In this document: positions 49,365-63,715 of the stretch, piece after piece
Numbering within the stretch: the stretch's first letter is position 1
Layout: every line of letters begins with the position of its first letter
Assembly: GCF_006345805.1 (NCBI RefSeq)
Contig: NC_043013.1
Coordinates: 39,618,001 to 39,682,000 of the forward strand
DNA length: 64,000 bases
Source: Octopus sinensis
Taxonomy: Eukaryota
Direction: 5' to 3'
Program-made: the position numbers and the translations under genes
The notes under the pieces: generated by a model
Told to the model about the DNA's origin: nothing
What the model saw: the letters and a program-made list of their open reading frames with translations, nothing else
Databases searched by the model: none

Positions 49365-49745
49365 TGTCTTTGTGGAAGCACTCCGTCGGTTACGACGATG
49401 AGGGTTCCAGTTGATCCGAATCAACGGAACAGCCAGCTCGTGAAATTAACGTGTAAGTGGCTGACACGTGCGCTCTTAACGTAGTTCTCGGGGATATTCA
49501 GCGTGACACAGAGAGTGACAAGGCCGGCCCCTTGAAATACAGGTACAACAGAAACAGGAAGTAAGAGTGAGAGAAAGTTATGGTGAAAGAGTACAGCAGG
49601 GACACCACCATCCCCTGCCGGAGCCTCGTGGAGCTTTTAGGTGTTTTCGCTCAATAAACACTCACAACGCCCGGTCTGGGAATCGAAACCGCGATCCTAT
49701 GACCGCGAGTCCGCTGCCCTAACCACTGGGCCATTGCGCCTCCAC
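49365..49745 (-). mobile_element. tRNA-derived SINE, fourth family
   Basis: Minus-strand head ggcgcaatggcccagtggttagggcagcggactcgcggtc...ttcgattccc. The 3' half is shared with 53108-53430 (+). Confidence 0.8.
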
Positions 49746-52254
49746 ATGTCTTTGTAAATATAAAAGAACGGTAAAGAGTGGCACTGGTGTCACAGAATCT
49801 GGAAGGTTTTAAACTGACCTTCGATGTCTAATCATACGGCTGTTGCATTGTATATTTTGATAAATTAGCGTATTGTAGGGCACTGCCCAAGGATTTCTGA
49901 CAGATGAACGGTAGAAGGAACTTCGCTGCGGGCTGTTCATCTAGGTGACCGCCACTTTCGCTATCTTCTTGAAGGCAGTTAAAACGCCTTCCCAGTTTCA
50001 ATGACAGGTCAACAGTTTGGGGGGAGATCTATATGTAGGGCACTGCATATTTGTTGGGCAGTGCGCGCGTGTCTGTGCATGTGTATGTGTTTGACAGACG
50101 AACTATAGACAGGAAATTCACTGCGAGCTAGCTAGAGAGCTGGCCTGCAGCGAAGTCGACTTTCGGTTCAGCGGGCTTTCTATTCTAGAAGGAGTTGACT
50201 AGCGTTTGTCGCCCTCATGCATTTAACCGAATAAATCTTTCGTTAACACAAACTGGGTCTTCGTTATTATTATTTTTGTTTTTGTGTGTATAGCTTAATT
50301 AAATAAAAGCTATAGCTCATTTGACAGCATAACGAGTGGGTGTTTATGTGCACATTTTTACCGGTGCAAGTTTGCGTCAGTGCGTGGGTTGATGCATGTG
50401 TGTGTGTGGATGTGTGTGGTCTGTGTGAAGTGTGTTTTATTTGAGTGTGTGTGTGTTTAAAGCAAAACCATTGGAAGAAAACAAGGACATGTTTTGTAAG
50501 AGGACAATGCAGTAGAACCTCGAAACTAGAGAAGGGTGGGAAACGAGCAAGAGTTAAGAGAAGGAGGAGGAGGTGGAGTAGTAGTAGTGGTAGTAGTAGT
50601 AGTAGGAGGAGGAGGAGGAGGGGGAATGCAATTAAGAATGAAGAAACAGAAGAATGGAGAGCAAGGAGCAAGAGAAATAAAGCAAACTAGAATTCATACA
50701 GAATGAATTACACATGATCATACACAAATGAGGCTAACTTTCAGAGCAAGGTTGGAAAGCAAGAAAGAAAGAAAGAAAACGAAGGAAAAAGAAAGAAAAG
50801 AAAACGAACAATAAACACAGAATAAAGAAAAGAGGAACAATAAAGCAGTAAGTTAAACAGTGAAAGAGGAAATGAGGAGGGAAAGGTGTAGAGCTGAGAC
50901 AGTGACTGAAGCCGGACGAGAGACGAATCGTTTCATTGGTCATCAAAAAGTGAACTCTTTATTTCTTTCCTTTTCTTTTTTTTTTCTTTCTTTCACATGG
51001 TTAAGAGTGAGACGAAGCCCATTATATTAAAGGGTTCCACCTACTGAAAATCCTTAATAAACGAGCACACTCCATTTTATGGAGGTATAAATCACAACAG
51101 GAGAAATTAAAGACAATGAGAACAAGTTCAGCTGATTGTGGTATGACGAAGCGGTTCAGTAGGAGATATTTTAATACTGATAAATTGTCGATATTCAATT
51201 GACAAATACTGCCTGATAGACTACATATTTACTCAGTGAATCATTGAGTTGCGAGGGAGTGATTCAATAAGTGACTCTGTAGGTACGAGTTGCAACTGGA
51301 GCGAAGGGCCGGGAAATGACCGGACACTGATCTGTTAGAAACAGCAGCTATATTTCTCATATGTAAAGAAGGATACGTTAAACTATATAGACCCAGTTAT
51401 GCAAACATGGTAACGGTTATAGCGTCTTTATTTTTATCATAGGTTTACCGAATTACGGTTAAACTCGGGGGGTTAAAATCTACCACCACGTGCCCCATTC
51501 ACACTAACAAAAACACCAAGAACAACACCAACTAATTGAAGTGACAGTGTGTTTGACATTTAATCTTTGACATTTGACATTTAAATGTCAAGCACTTTAA
51601 CTTCCGCGCACTTATGACAAAGTCGTTGTCCACTGATATTTCGTTGATTGTTTATCGCTGATTGGTTAGTTTATCTAAGGAGAGCTGATCATAGAAGCTA
51701 ACTTGCCTGACCATCTCCTCCTCTCTCTTTTCTCCTCCTTTATCCTTTCTTTTAATCTTCTCAAGTCATATTTTTCTTTTTTTCTTTTTCTTTTACTGTT
51801 ACTTCTTTGCTTCTTTCTTTCTTACTTATTAATTTCTTTGCTCATTGATTTATTTATCTTCTATTTTTCTGCCTCTGCTTCTGCGAAGATTATCATCTTC
51901 ATTTCCTAACTTTTGTCTTCGATCACTTATCTCAATCCTACTTCTCCTCCAACTTCTCCTCCACCTTTCCTCTTCGTTCTAGTCTTCTTTTACGTTTACT
52001 TTTTTCTCCTTTTCATCTCGCACTAAATGAACTCATACTTTTGTATGAATGAGTTTGTGCCTAGACACAAACTTGTTTACATTGGATTAATAACCTTTTG
52101 CTTGTATATTTCGGCAACATGGGGACAGATTGAGACCAGGCAATCTTGATGAAACATGGAACCATATTGCTCAATCATCCCCACCAATCTCCTAAAAACA
52201 AGAAAAGATCCACCAAAGAGCCTAATTTTACAGCGATAATAAATGCATATGGAT

Positions 52255-52720
52255 TGAGTACACACACACGCACATACACACACTCACACGTACACACAAT
52301 CTAACACACAAAATCACACATGAACAATCACACACACACAAACACAAGCACACAATCACACATGCACAATCACACACACAAACACAAGCACACAGGCACA
52401 ATCACACAGACACAATCACACACGATCACACACAATCATACACACAATCATACACACGCAATCACACACGCAATCACACACGCAATCACACACACAAACA
52501 CAAGCACAAACACACAATTACACACACATAATCACACACAGAATCACGCACACAGAATCACACACACAGAAGCACACTCAATCACACATGCACAATCACA
52601 CACACAAACACGCACGCACAATTACACACAGCCACACACACAATCACTAGCATACAATCACGCGCACAAACACAATCACACATACACACGCACACATCCA
52701 TACAATCACACACAAACACA
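52255..52720. repeat. Degenerate (CA)n-derived ACACAATC minisatellite
   Basis: Irregular 8-14 bp units such as cacaatcacaca. Confidence 0.8.
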
Positions 52721-52790
52721 TACATATATAACTATATATAAAGATATCTTCTAAAGAGCAAATGAATGAAAACTTTTTGGAATTTAACCG

Positions 52791-52822
<32 letters not shown>

Positions 52823-53107
52823 GCTGTTGTTCTATTAACCATCCTGCTCATACGCTTCTACATCACATCTTTCAGAACCTACAACTATCATCACCACAAA
52901 TCACCATAACTCTCAAAGATTAAAAAATCAATAGAGTCGCTTAAAATGTGATCGTTTAAGATAGTAGACTCTCTGGCCAACCGCCGTCATATACCCACAC
53001 GGATTTATTATGTATTTCGCCGTTTACCCCATCCCATAACCTCATGCAAAATTACAGGCAATAACAATCGGTCACGTTATGAATGTTTGAATAAGCTACG
53101 TCAGCTT

Positions 53108-53430
53108 GAAGGCCCGTGGATTAGTGGTTGGGGCAACCAGCTCATGATCGTAAGGTCGTGAGTTCAATTCCCGGCGGCGCGTTGTGTCCTTTAGCAAGAC
53201 ACTTTATTTCACGTTGCTCCAGTCCACTCAGCTGGCAAAACTGAGCTGTACCTGTATTTCAAAGGGCCTGCCTTGTCACACTCTGTGTCACGCTGAATCT
53301 CCCTGAGAACAACGTTAAGGGTACACGTGTTTGTGGAGTGCTCAGTCACTTGCACGTTAATTTCACGAGCAAGCTGTTCCGTTGATCGTATCAGCTGGGA
53401 CCCTCGTCGTGGCAACCGAGGGAGTGCTCT
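53108..53430 (+). mobile_element. tRNA-derived SINE
   Basis: tggattagtggt...gagttcaattccc head, gtgtcctttagcaagacac core, and a tail shared with 49365-49550. Confidence 0.75.
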
Positions 53431-53639
53431 TAACGTCAGCTTAAAAATATGTTTATTTTTCCATGTATCTTTATTAAAGTTTGCGGATGAGGCTATGTGG
53501 TAAGAATTTTGCTTCCCAACAACATGATTCCGGTTTCATTCCCACTGCGTAGCACCTTCGGAAAGTGTCTTTTACTATATCTGTGAGCCGACCAAATCCT
53601 TGTGAGTGGATTTGGTAGACGGAAATTGGAAGAAGCTGG

Positions 53640-53705
<66 letters not shown>

Positions 53706-54167
53706 TGTGTGTGTGTATGTATGTGTGTGCGTGCGAGTGTGTGTGTGTGTGCGTGCGTGTGTGTGTGTGTGTGTGTGCGTGTGTGTGTGTTAACACCACC
53801 GACCGGCAACCCGCGTTGGTGTATTTACGTCCTTGTAACCAAACGACTCGGCAATAGACACCCATAGAATAAGTACAAGATGTAACAAAAATATGTACTA
53901 AGTTCTACTCATTCGAAGAATTCTATAAAGCGGTGCTCTAGCATGGCCTCAGATGACTGAAAAAAGTAAAAGATAAAAGACAGAAGATATATTTATGTAT
54001 TTATACATATACACATACACACACACACGTATATATGTATATATATATATATATATATGAGGATGATCCGGTTCTTGACTGAAGATTGAAGGCTTCGAAT
54101 GTCCCGTCCGTGTTTTTTGTATCGTCTTCTAAATGTTTTGCGTTCTTGTCCCAGTTTGTATTATTTT

Positions 54168-54259
<92 letters not shown>

Positions 54260-54317
54260 ATACAAACTGGGACAAGAACACAAAACATTATATGTATGTA
54301 TGTTTGTATGTATGTAT

Positions 54318-54402
<85 letters not shown>

Positions 54403-54488
54403 AAGAAAGAGGGAGGAGGAAATTTTCGATCATCCCCACGTAGTGAGTTATAGAGCAAAAACTATATATATATATTTATATATAATTT

Positions 54489-55127
54489 AAAAGAAGGAAA
54501 ATGCACACAGTTTACAAAGTTTTAGTATATTTTAAATATATCTTATAAGTGTTTGTCGACCGGTTTTCACTTTTACTAATCATAACATTTTCGCTAATCA
54601 TCACATTATTCACTCAGATTTCTTTGACAGTTTTCGCTAGGCACCAGTGCAAAGAAACAATTTCTGTACAAGAACGTTTAAATAAACAAAATTTATTTAT
54701 CGAAAAGTACTGAACGCACCCAAATATGAAAGCATAACCTAATTTGATCTAAGAATATAATTTAATTCATGATCACATACCCATCACTGTACATATTTCA
54801 TCTCACTTCTTTACATTTTGAGCCTTTGTATATTTATGTATATCTATTCACCCCGCCTAAATAATTAGCAATTGCCACCCCTGTCCCGATTAATAACGAT
54901 CACGAATTACCTCCCCTTAGATTTTCTACTTCGTTATTCATTCATAAACTGTCAAATTTCCACACACAACATGGACTAAAATATTCTTAAGAAAATAGGA
55001 AATTACAATAAATTCAATGTCATGATTAACTAAAGCGAAACCGGTAGACAAACACTATTCTTTCACTTATAAAATATATAAAAAAATATATTAGAACTAT
55101 ATAAACTGTGTGCATTTTCCTTCTTTT
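54489..55127. repeat. Inverted-repeat relic, probable PLE pLTR with decayed hammerhead
   Basis: 54489-54583 is an imperfect reverse complement of 55022-55127. The arm contains tgtc-atgatta..agc-GAAACCGGTA|GACA. Confidence 0.55.
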
Positions 55128-55173
55128 GTATATATATATATATCTCTGTGTGTTTGTGTGTGCGTGCGCACAT

Positions 55174-55225
<52 letters not shown>

Positions 55226-56404
55226 ATATATTTGTGTGTGTGTATGCAGAAGCATAGGTAAATATGTACGTGTATGTTTACATATAGCATGCTAATGTAC
55301 ATTGACACACACACAGATACATCCATACATGCAAAAATACATACATTTAATTAAATCGCTTTTTAATGATGCAACAAATGCATAGCTGTTGCTAGGCTAC
55401 CGATAATGATTCTCGAGAAATATTTCAGTGAAATCCTTCATTTGTGCCTAACTGTTACTAAACATAATCTTTTGTCTCTGAGAACAATGGTACGTTTGAT
55501 ATTTAGAGGAATTTAGAGTTCAGCTGTTTGTTCCAATATAATTTGTCTTCCTGGATTTTAAGAAAGCGGTTAGAATGATTAATAAGTTCTCATTTTGCTA
55601 CCAGATTATGTATGGCAGGGATGTAAGCAGATAATGAAGCATGTTTGTGAATGTGTGCCTCGAAACATATATGAGAGCATACATGTATGCCAGCATGGAT
55701 ACATGAATGCATGTATGTTTGTCTGTAAGTTTATATGTGCGCATATACCCATGTATGAATGAATACATATACTATGTATGCAGGTATGTACGTATGTATG
55801 TATGAACGGATGCATGTATGTACGTTTCCAATTGTTCATGTATATATGTATGTTAGATCACTTTGCACTGTTGCTAACCTACCACCCAGTACAGCGTGTT
55901 CCCTGGTCTGGCTGTTACGAAGTCCGTTTAGTAAGGAGGATCAATTTTATTGAAAACCCTGACCCCGCAGTGCGAAGGGCAAATAAACTCAATAAAATAA
56001 ATGGTCATCCAACAGCTGGGAGTGAAAGACCCCTAGTCTTTGTTTAGACATTGATTTGGAAGGAGGAAAAATTTAGGATAATACCTGTGATTTCAGTGTT
56101 ATCCAATGAGTAACCCAACGTATGGCCAAGTAAGTTGTCTTGGGTGACAAACGATATGGCAGATGGAAAACACACACTCACACATTTACACACATATATA
56201 TTTGTATATATACCGGTATAAGGATTTACATGTATGTATGTGTAAATGTATGTATATATGCCAAGCTGTATCGGCCTTTGCCTTTCCCTTGGATAACATC
56301 GCTGGCGTGGAGAGGAGAGGCTGGTATGCGTGGGCAACTGCTGCTCTTCCATAATCAACCTTGGCCAGACGGAGAGTAACTTTTTTGACCGAAGGAGGTC
56401 ACAT

Positions 56405-56443
<39 letters not shown>

Positions 56444-56465
56444 TATATATATATATATCTATATA

Positions 56466-56503
<38 letters not shown>

Positions 56504-56615
56504 CACACACATATATATATATATATAATACACACACATATACAGAGAGAGAGGCATACATAAATGCATATATATATATACATTTGTATCTATTTCTATT
56601 TATCTCTCTATATAC

Positions 56616-56647
<32 letters not shown>

Positions 56648-57661
56648 ATAAATATATACATACATACCCCTATATATGAATTTATACATGATAAATAAAA
56701 AGAAGATAGACAATATTTTTCCTACATTTTTTCAAAATTTTAAAACGTGAACGTAGTTTATGTTAAACAAGTATAATACTTCCCATGTGATTCATGCTAG
56801 TAATTTTTAACTTTCCTGATAAATGATAAAATACGTCTGCAATTTTTTACTTTGATCACAAATGTGACATAAAACTAGAAGTAATGGGGACCTCGTATTT
56901 GACAAGGTAAACACTCCTGCATGACTTAAAGCTATTTAGAGGAAAGACAAGTAGCGCCTGTTTGCTTTTTTGAATGTGTGCGTGCGCATGCGTGTGTGCG
57001 TATTTGATTTGTGTGAGGATAAGAGAGTGAACAATTTCGTTTTGCATGTTATAAGTCAGTATTTATGAAAATTTCAGTGTTCACATATTTATTGATCCGA
57101 AAATCAAACTGAAGGCAAACAGAGTTACGTGTCTTCTCTAAAGTCATAAAAAAGTTACCGGAAGCCGGAAGCAGGAAAACTGTCGCTATATCAACTCGTC
57201 GGCCATTGAATACCATTCCTAACTCTGACGTCGTCTTTATGAAATATTCCAAGACATTACCAATTACTGACACTCATGTAGAAATGCATTCTAATCAGCT
57301 ACTTGAATAATCAATGACATCTGCTAAAGGATGTTTTTTTTTAATTGACAAAAAATAATACTTGTCATAGGGAAAAGGGCGTAGCAGATTTAATTAAGTC
57401 TGTGATATAATATCGATCCATAATTAATCCCTCATCACTGGCGTGATTGTTTTAGGTGAAATGGCCATAAAGGTTTATATTTCTAATTATAAATATTTAG
57501 CTTCATTTCCATGATAAATACGCATCGCAATAGGATAGCTACAATGACCCATCACCACATTCTTAAATTTATATGTATGTGTAAATTTCTACTGATGTAC
57601 ACGTATATATATATCTATAAACACACACATATACACACACATAGATATGTATGTATGTATA

Positions 57662-58006
57662 TTGGGTCATCAAATAAATAATGTGGTTTTTTATACTTTT
57701 ATTTTTTGAAAATTAAGATAAACAAAGTTCTTTTTTATTCTAAAATACACTATCCATTTTCTACAATACATTTCCATGTATCTGGTGGACTTACAAGGCC
57801 CCTCTTCCAAAATTCACTTGTCCACAAAAGAGAATTTTTCTCCAGTACTGTTCTGACTTCGTCTACGGAATTCATATATTTTCTGTCCAAATGATATTGA
57901 ACACTGCGAAATAAAGGATAATCAATTGGGGCAATGTCCGGCGAATATGATGGACGGGGCATCGTTTCCCATTCAAATTGCTCCAGCCTTTGGAATGTAA
58001 TCCCCG

Positions 58007-58010
<4 letters not shown>
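57662..58010 (-). mobile_element. mariner transposase 3' relic
   Basis: Reads WETMPRPSYSPDIAPIDYPLFRSVQYHL...FWKRGL...WKCIVENG (YSPDLAPxD motif), followed by a TIR-like end ttatttgatgacccaa|ta. Confidence 0.85.
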
Positions 58011-58046
<36 letters not shown>

Positions 58047-58052
<6 letters not shown>

Positions 58053-59450
58053 AATAGTAAAAAGTGAAAAAACTACAGAAGGCTTGTTTTAGAAGGTTAA
58101 AAAATATATATTTGAGTTATTATGTCTGAAGAATGTTATAAATTTTTTTCATACAATGACATAGTTTCTTACATCGTTATGTTTACGTTGAGAAGTGTGA
58201 AGGAGAGTGAAAGAGAGTTCCAGATAAGGGGAGGTAATAAGTGATTTGTTCCGGTGTAAGGGAGATAATCGCTTAATATTTCTTGCATTTCTTTTGGAGT
58301 GAGTTTCTCTGTATAAGAATGCTGGAATGGTTAAGTTTGGGCTTGTATTTTTCAATGAAGAATGTTTCCTTGTTTAGTCTAATTTGTGTTGGTGTTCCGA
58401 TAGCACATTGGTAAAATGGAAAGATTAAAAATTGTGGTAGTAGTTGCTTTGCGCATTTCTCAATGTGCTCACTAAAGGGTATCATTCTGTATTCTGGGAA
58501 TGCAATCTGTTGTCGACATTATGAAAAGCTCACCAACTACAACCCACAAAAAATAATGAAAACTCTATCTTCACTAATTAAAACCCATGAAAAGGAACTA
58601 ACAACCAAAGAGATTGACTTTCTAACAAACTTTAAATGCAAACCTAGCTTCTTCTATGGTCTGCCAAAAATTCATAAAAGCCAAATTATAAATGAAACCA
58701 TTAAAAAATCACCAAAGACATACATACACACACCTAACCCGGGGGACCTAAATCTACGACCCATTGTAGCTGGCCCAACCTGTGAAACACACAGACTAAG
58801 TCTATTTACGGACATCCTCCTGAAACCCTTCCTTAAACATATCGATAGCCATATCAGAGATGACTTAGATATGTTAAACCACCTCCCAAAAAAAGCCAAG
58901 GAAGAAACAATCATGGTTTCATTTGATGTAGTTAACTTATATACCAGTATACCTCATAATTATGGACTAGAGGCAATACAGTTCTGGCTGGACTAATTTC
59001 CGGAAGAAATGCCAAAAAGGATCAGTAAAGAATCCATTACTAAATCAATTGAATTCATCCTACATAATAACCACTTCAAGTTTGACAATATATTTTACCG
59101 TCAAAAATACAAGCCCAAACTTAACCATTCCAACATTCTTATACAGAGAAACTCACTCCAAAAGAAAGGCAAGAAATATTAAGCGATTATCTCCCTTACA
59201 CCGGAAGAAATCACTTATTACCTCCCCTTATCTGGAACTCTCTTTCACTCTCCTTCACACTTCTCAACGTAAACATAACGATGTAAGAAATTTGAAAAGC
59301 TGAACGCGAAACCGGTCTTTCTTCAAAAATTATGTCATTGTATGAAAAAAATTTATAACATTCTTCAGACATAATAATTCAAATATATATTTTTTAACCT
59401 TCTAAAACAAGCCTTCTGTAGTTTTTTCACTTTTTACTATTCTCTATATA
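58047..59450 (+). mobile_element. Penelope-like element, internally deleted, with inverted 3' copy
   Basis: 58520-59100 encodes FYGLPKIHK, LRPIVAG and SFDVVNLYTSIPH (PLE RT), joined directly to KYKPKLN plus pLTR. The minus strand of 58047-58515 gives PEYRMIPFSEH...ETFFIEKYKPKLN plus the same pLTR. Confidence 0.88.
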
Positions 59451-59534
59451 TTCAACCACGTGCTTTCACACACCAACTTTCTCACCTATATATATATATA
59501 TACATAGCTATCAGTATATATGTATACATATATG

Positions 59535-59589
<55 letters not shown>

Positions 59590-59737
59590 GTGTGTGTGTA
59601 CATGTGTGTATATACCTACCCCTATGTATGTATGTATCTATGTATCTATATATGAGTATACCTTAGCGAGCGTCAAACTAATACACTTTCTTGTTGTTTA
59701 TACACCTGTCTTCGTCTGTTGTTTTTCTGTAAATTTC

Positions 59738-59781
<44 letters not shown>

Positions 59782-59869
59782 GTCCTTATCCATCTGTCTA
59801 TTCAATCTATATCTATCTGTCTATCTGATGATTCCTTTACATAAGCTGCAATGTATTAGCCGTCACAGA

Positions 59870-60090
59870 TTATAACATGGGATAGATCGTTAGCCACTAC
59901 ACACAGTATTTTCTCCCCTTGTTTCTTCTTTGTTTTTTTCTGTGTCCCTTTCTGTAGAAGAGCGTAGGCTCGAAACGTAAAATACTTTTTCTATTCCTGA
60001 ACGTTATACTAATACATCTGTTTGTTTTGTACACCACCTGTCTTCGTCTTTTGTTTTTTTCGTTAACTTTTTTCGTTAAATCTCTGTTAT
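59870..60090 (+). mobile_element. Short non-coding repeat carrying a minimal hammerhead-like motif
   Basis: ttt-CTGTAGA-a-GAGC gtag GCTC-GAAAC-GTA|aaa followed by ctaatacatctgtttgt..cacctgtcttcgtc. The 3' part recurs at 59665-59745, 62540-62620 and 35225-35305 (-). Confidence 0.5.
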
Positions 60091-60340
60091 AGTCTGTCAT
60101 CAGATAACAGACGAATTCATCTAAGTTGTAAATATTCATGGTCACTTCGGCAATGTAATTAAACTCGTACTGTTGGCGATTGCCTTCTTTTCTTTGAACT
60201 TTTCCCTTTCTCCTTTCCGACTAAGAGCTATGCTCGGAACTTCAAACTCTTTTCGCTGTGCGTGAAACTACTACAATTCTTGTGCACATCTTCTTGTCGT
60301 TAACGCTATTCGTTTATTGGAATTGATTATTTGAATTCAT

Positions 60341-60373
<33 letters not shown>

Positions 60374-60423
60374 ATGTGTGTGTGTGTATGTGTCTGTGTA
60401 CATACATATATACTGTACATATA

Positions 60424-60469
<46 letters not shown>

Positions 60470-60659
60470 TATATACATGTATATGCATATATATATATAT
60501 ATATATAAGCATATGCATACACACACATATATATAGCCACAATGAGGATATTTGAACCTCTTGTAGGGTTTTTAATCCAAGATACACTGGTTTAATATAT
60601 ATGTTGAAGAGATATTTCTCCAATGAAAATATTATATAAGATATCAAACAATAGTATGG

Positions 60660-60984
60660 AGTTAGAAAATAAAGAGATCTAATGGATTCAAATTAATATA
60701 TAAGCTACACAACATGTTCACCTTCAATTGTTTCATTTCAGAAACAAAATTAACATTGCAAAACATATATAAATATATAATTTTGCATTTCAAATATCTT
60801 TGAAATGCAAATGGCTCCTTTGTACACCCCTATGATTTTCCAGACAAGGTATTTAAAATGCAAAATTATATATTTATATACGTTTTGCAATTTTAATTTT
60901 GTTTCTGAAATGAAACAATTGTACGTGAATATGTTGATTAATTAATAAATTAATTTGAATCCATTAGAACTCTGTTTTCTAACT
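60660..60984. repeat. Fold-back / MITE-like long inverted repeat
   Basis: Arms of about 140 bp (agttagaaaa..ctaatggattcaaattaat..gtttcatttcagaaacaaaatt / reverse complement) around a ~45 bp spacer. Confidence 0.8.
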
Positions 60985-61025
60985 TGATCATATATACATT
61001 CATAAATACAGATATATATATATAT

Positions 61026-61070
<45 letters not shown>

Positions 61071-61889
61071 GATATATAGGGCGTAGGAGTGGCTGTGTGG
61101 TAAGTAGCTTGTTTACCAACCACATGGTTCTGGGTTCAGACCTTAGGCAAGTGTCTTCTACTATAGCCTCGTCCCGACTAAAGCCTTGCGAGTGGATTTG
61201 GTAGACGGAAACTGAAAGAAGCCCATCGTATATATATGTATGTGTGTGTGTGTGTATGTACATATTGATACAATCATACATGCACACGCACCCATGCATT
61301 CAATACCTACACACTCACTTTGACAGGTGAGTAATTTTGTAATTTCCTTACATTGAATAAGACGAATGAAAAAATTATTTATACTCATGTTTTGAGTAAT
61401 TGGAAATTTCGTAGTAAATATTCTTGCTATCGTAAAATTCCTAATATGGACTATGATGAAGCGTAATAACTCAAATTTAATTTTAAATAAAAAGGTAAAA
61501 TACGGAGTAATAAGTACTTTCATGCAACGTCGAACACAAGAAAATACACCGGATGAGGTCACTTGAAAGAGTGGAAATGTCAAGCAAATTTGCGGCAAAT
61601 TTTCCCACGTCTCAAAAAGTTTACGATCAACATACCGGATGCGGATGGCTTGAGTTCTGCTGTCTATTTTTATTACAAAACAGTGCATAAATACATACAT
61701 ACATACATACATACATACATACATACACATACACACACACATATATAATTTTCTATTCTAGGCACAAGGCCCGAAATTTGAGGGAAGTGGTCCAGTCGAT
61801 TAGATCGACCCCAGAACGCAACTGGTACTTAATTTATCGACCCTTTGTAAGTGGACTTGGTAGACGGAAACTGAAAGAAGCCCGTCGTA

Positions 61890-61928
<39 letters not shown>

Positions 61929-61929
61929 A

Positions 61930-62152
61930 TGATATGTTACATTACTCGATAGTCAAGATAAAACTCTGAGTTTCAGATGCCGAAGTGGAAATCCACAACA
62001 CCATCTCTGGCTATTTGAAAACGCTATCATAGGATAGCTAGGATAGCGTTTTCAAATAACCAAATAACCGAAGAGATGGTGTTGTGGATTTCCACTTCGG
62101 CATCTGAAACTCAGAGTTTTATCTTGACTATTGAGTAATTGTAACATATTAT
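61930..62152. repeat. Near-perfect palindrome with ~100 bp arms
   Basis: atagtcaagataaaactctgagtttcagatgccgaagtggaaatccacaacaccatctct..tatttgaaaacgctatc is mirrored exactly across a short ataggatagctag centre. Confidence 0.9.
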
Positions 62153-62254
62153 TTTATAGATAAATTTCCTCTATTTACATAATATTGAGGTCTCTTTCTT
62201 TCTTTTGTTATCTTACCATTTTATCAATATATATATATATATATATGTGTGTGT

Positions 62255-62300
<46 letters not shown>

Positions 62301-63361
62301 TGTGTGTGTATGTGTCTGTGTGTGTGTGTTGGTGTTTGTGTATGTTTGTGTGTCTGTGTTTGTCCCCCCTGCATCGCTTGACAACCAATGCTGGTGTGTT
62401 TACGTACTCGTAACTTAGCGGTTGGGCAAAAGAGACCGATAGAATAAGTACTAGGCTTACAAAGAATAAGTCCTGGGGTCGATTAGCTCGACTAAAGGCG
62501 ATGCTCCAGCATGCCCGCAGTCAAATAATTGTTCTCACTTCCCGAGCGTTAAACTAATACATCTGTTTGTTTACACTCCCGTCTTTGTCTTTATTTTGTT
62601 TTTTTTTGTAAATTCACACCATATATATGTGTGCATGTGTGTGTGTGTGTGTGTATGTATGTATATGTATGTATGTATGTATAATTATATATTTATATTT
62701 TACTCTTGAACTGTACACACGTGTTTTGTTTCGCTCTGCCAAGTCAATAGGAAGCCACACAGCCACAAAGCCAAACTGACCGTTTATATATATATATTCG
62801 TAACCACATGTTTACATTCAAACTTGGAAGTACGAATTTTTATTTAACAATAAATAATACCGAAAACAAACAAGCAAATAATAAAAAAACTCTCACCCCT
62901 AAAAGAAAATATATCTATATATACACTTCTTTTACACACTTCTTTAATATCTTCAGATAATCAAAGCCTCACACACATAAGAAAGAATACATACATACAT
63001 ACATATATATACATATATATATATCTTTCAAAGGAATTTCAACTCTGTTTTTTATATTTTATTTATATTCATGTAATATTAATGTATTTTATTTATATTC
63101 ATGTAATATTAATGTAGTATATAGTATATATAGTAAAATGAAACGAAGTATTGATTGTCTTATTGAATAGATGAAATATTGAATATCAAATATTAAGGGA
63201 CTAGTATACTTTCTTGCATTTAAGCAGACTTCAAGGTCCCAGGTTGTGATAGGAATGTTTCAACTGTCTCTATCTCTCTCTCTATATATATATATATTTC
63301 TACACACACTCACACACATATATATATTCATATATGTATATCTATCTATCGATCTATATAT

Positions 63362-63414
<53 letters not shown>

Positions 63415-63446
63415 ACATATATATAACATATATATATGTATGTATG

Positions 63447-63493
<47 letters not shown>

Positions 63494-63675
63494 TGTATAT
63501 GTATATATATATATACTAAAATTAATAAAGGTCAAGAGGACGGAGATTTGCACGTTCAAGTTTTGTTACACAGTTAATATATTAAATCTTAACTACAGCT
63601 TCATCAAAGTTCACTCTGGCTAAACAAGGTTTAACACCGATAAAAGCGAAAACGGTATCCGCTATGATTATATAT

Positions 63676-63715
<40 letters not shown>

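Noticed and set aside
49670-49745. tRNA genes (also 17790-17856, 4780-4858, 18200-18270)
   Set aside because: These are A/B-box heads without a complete cloverleaf or acceptor stem. Most are continuous with repeated SINE bodies.
57155-57235. Promoter suggested by tandem CCGGAAG and TGACGTC motifs
   Set aside because: Short motifs like these are expected by chance in 64 kb, and there is no linked exon or TSS evidence.
5939-63623. Numerous ORFs rich in YI, CV, HT, poly-N/L/I/Y
   Set aside because: They are translations of (TA)n, (CA)n, (TATG)n and (TAA)n microsatellites, or antisense to TE ORFs.
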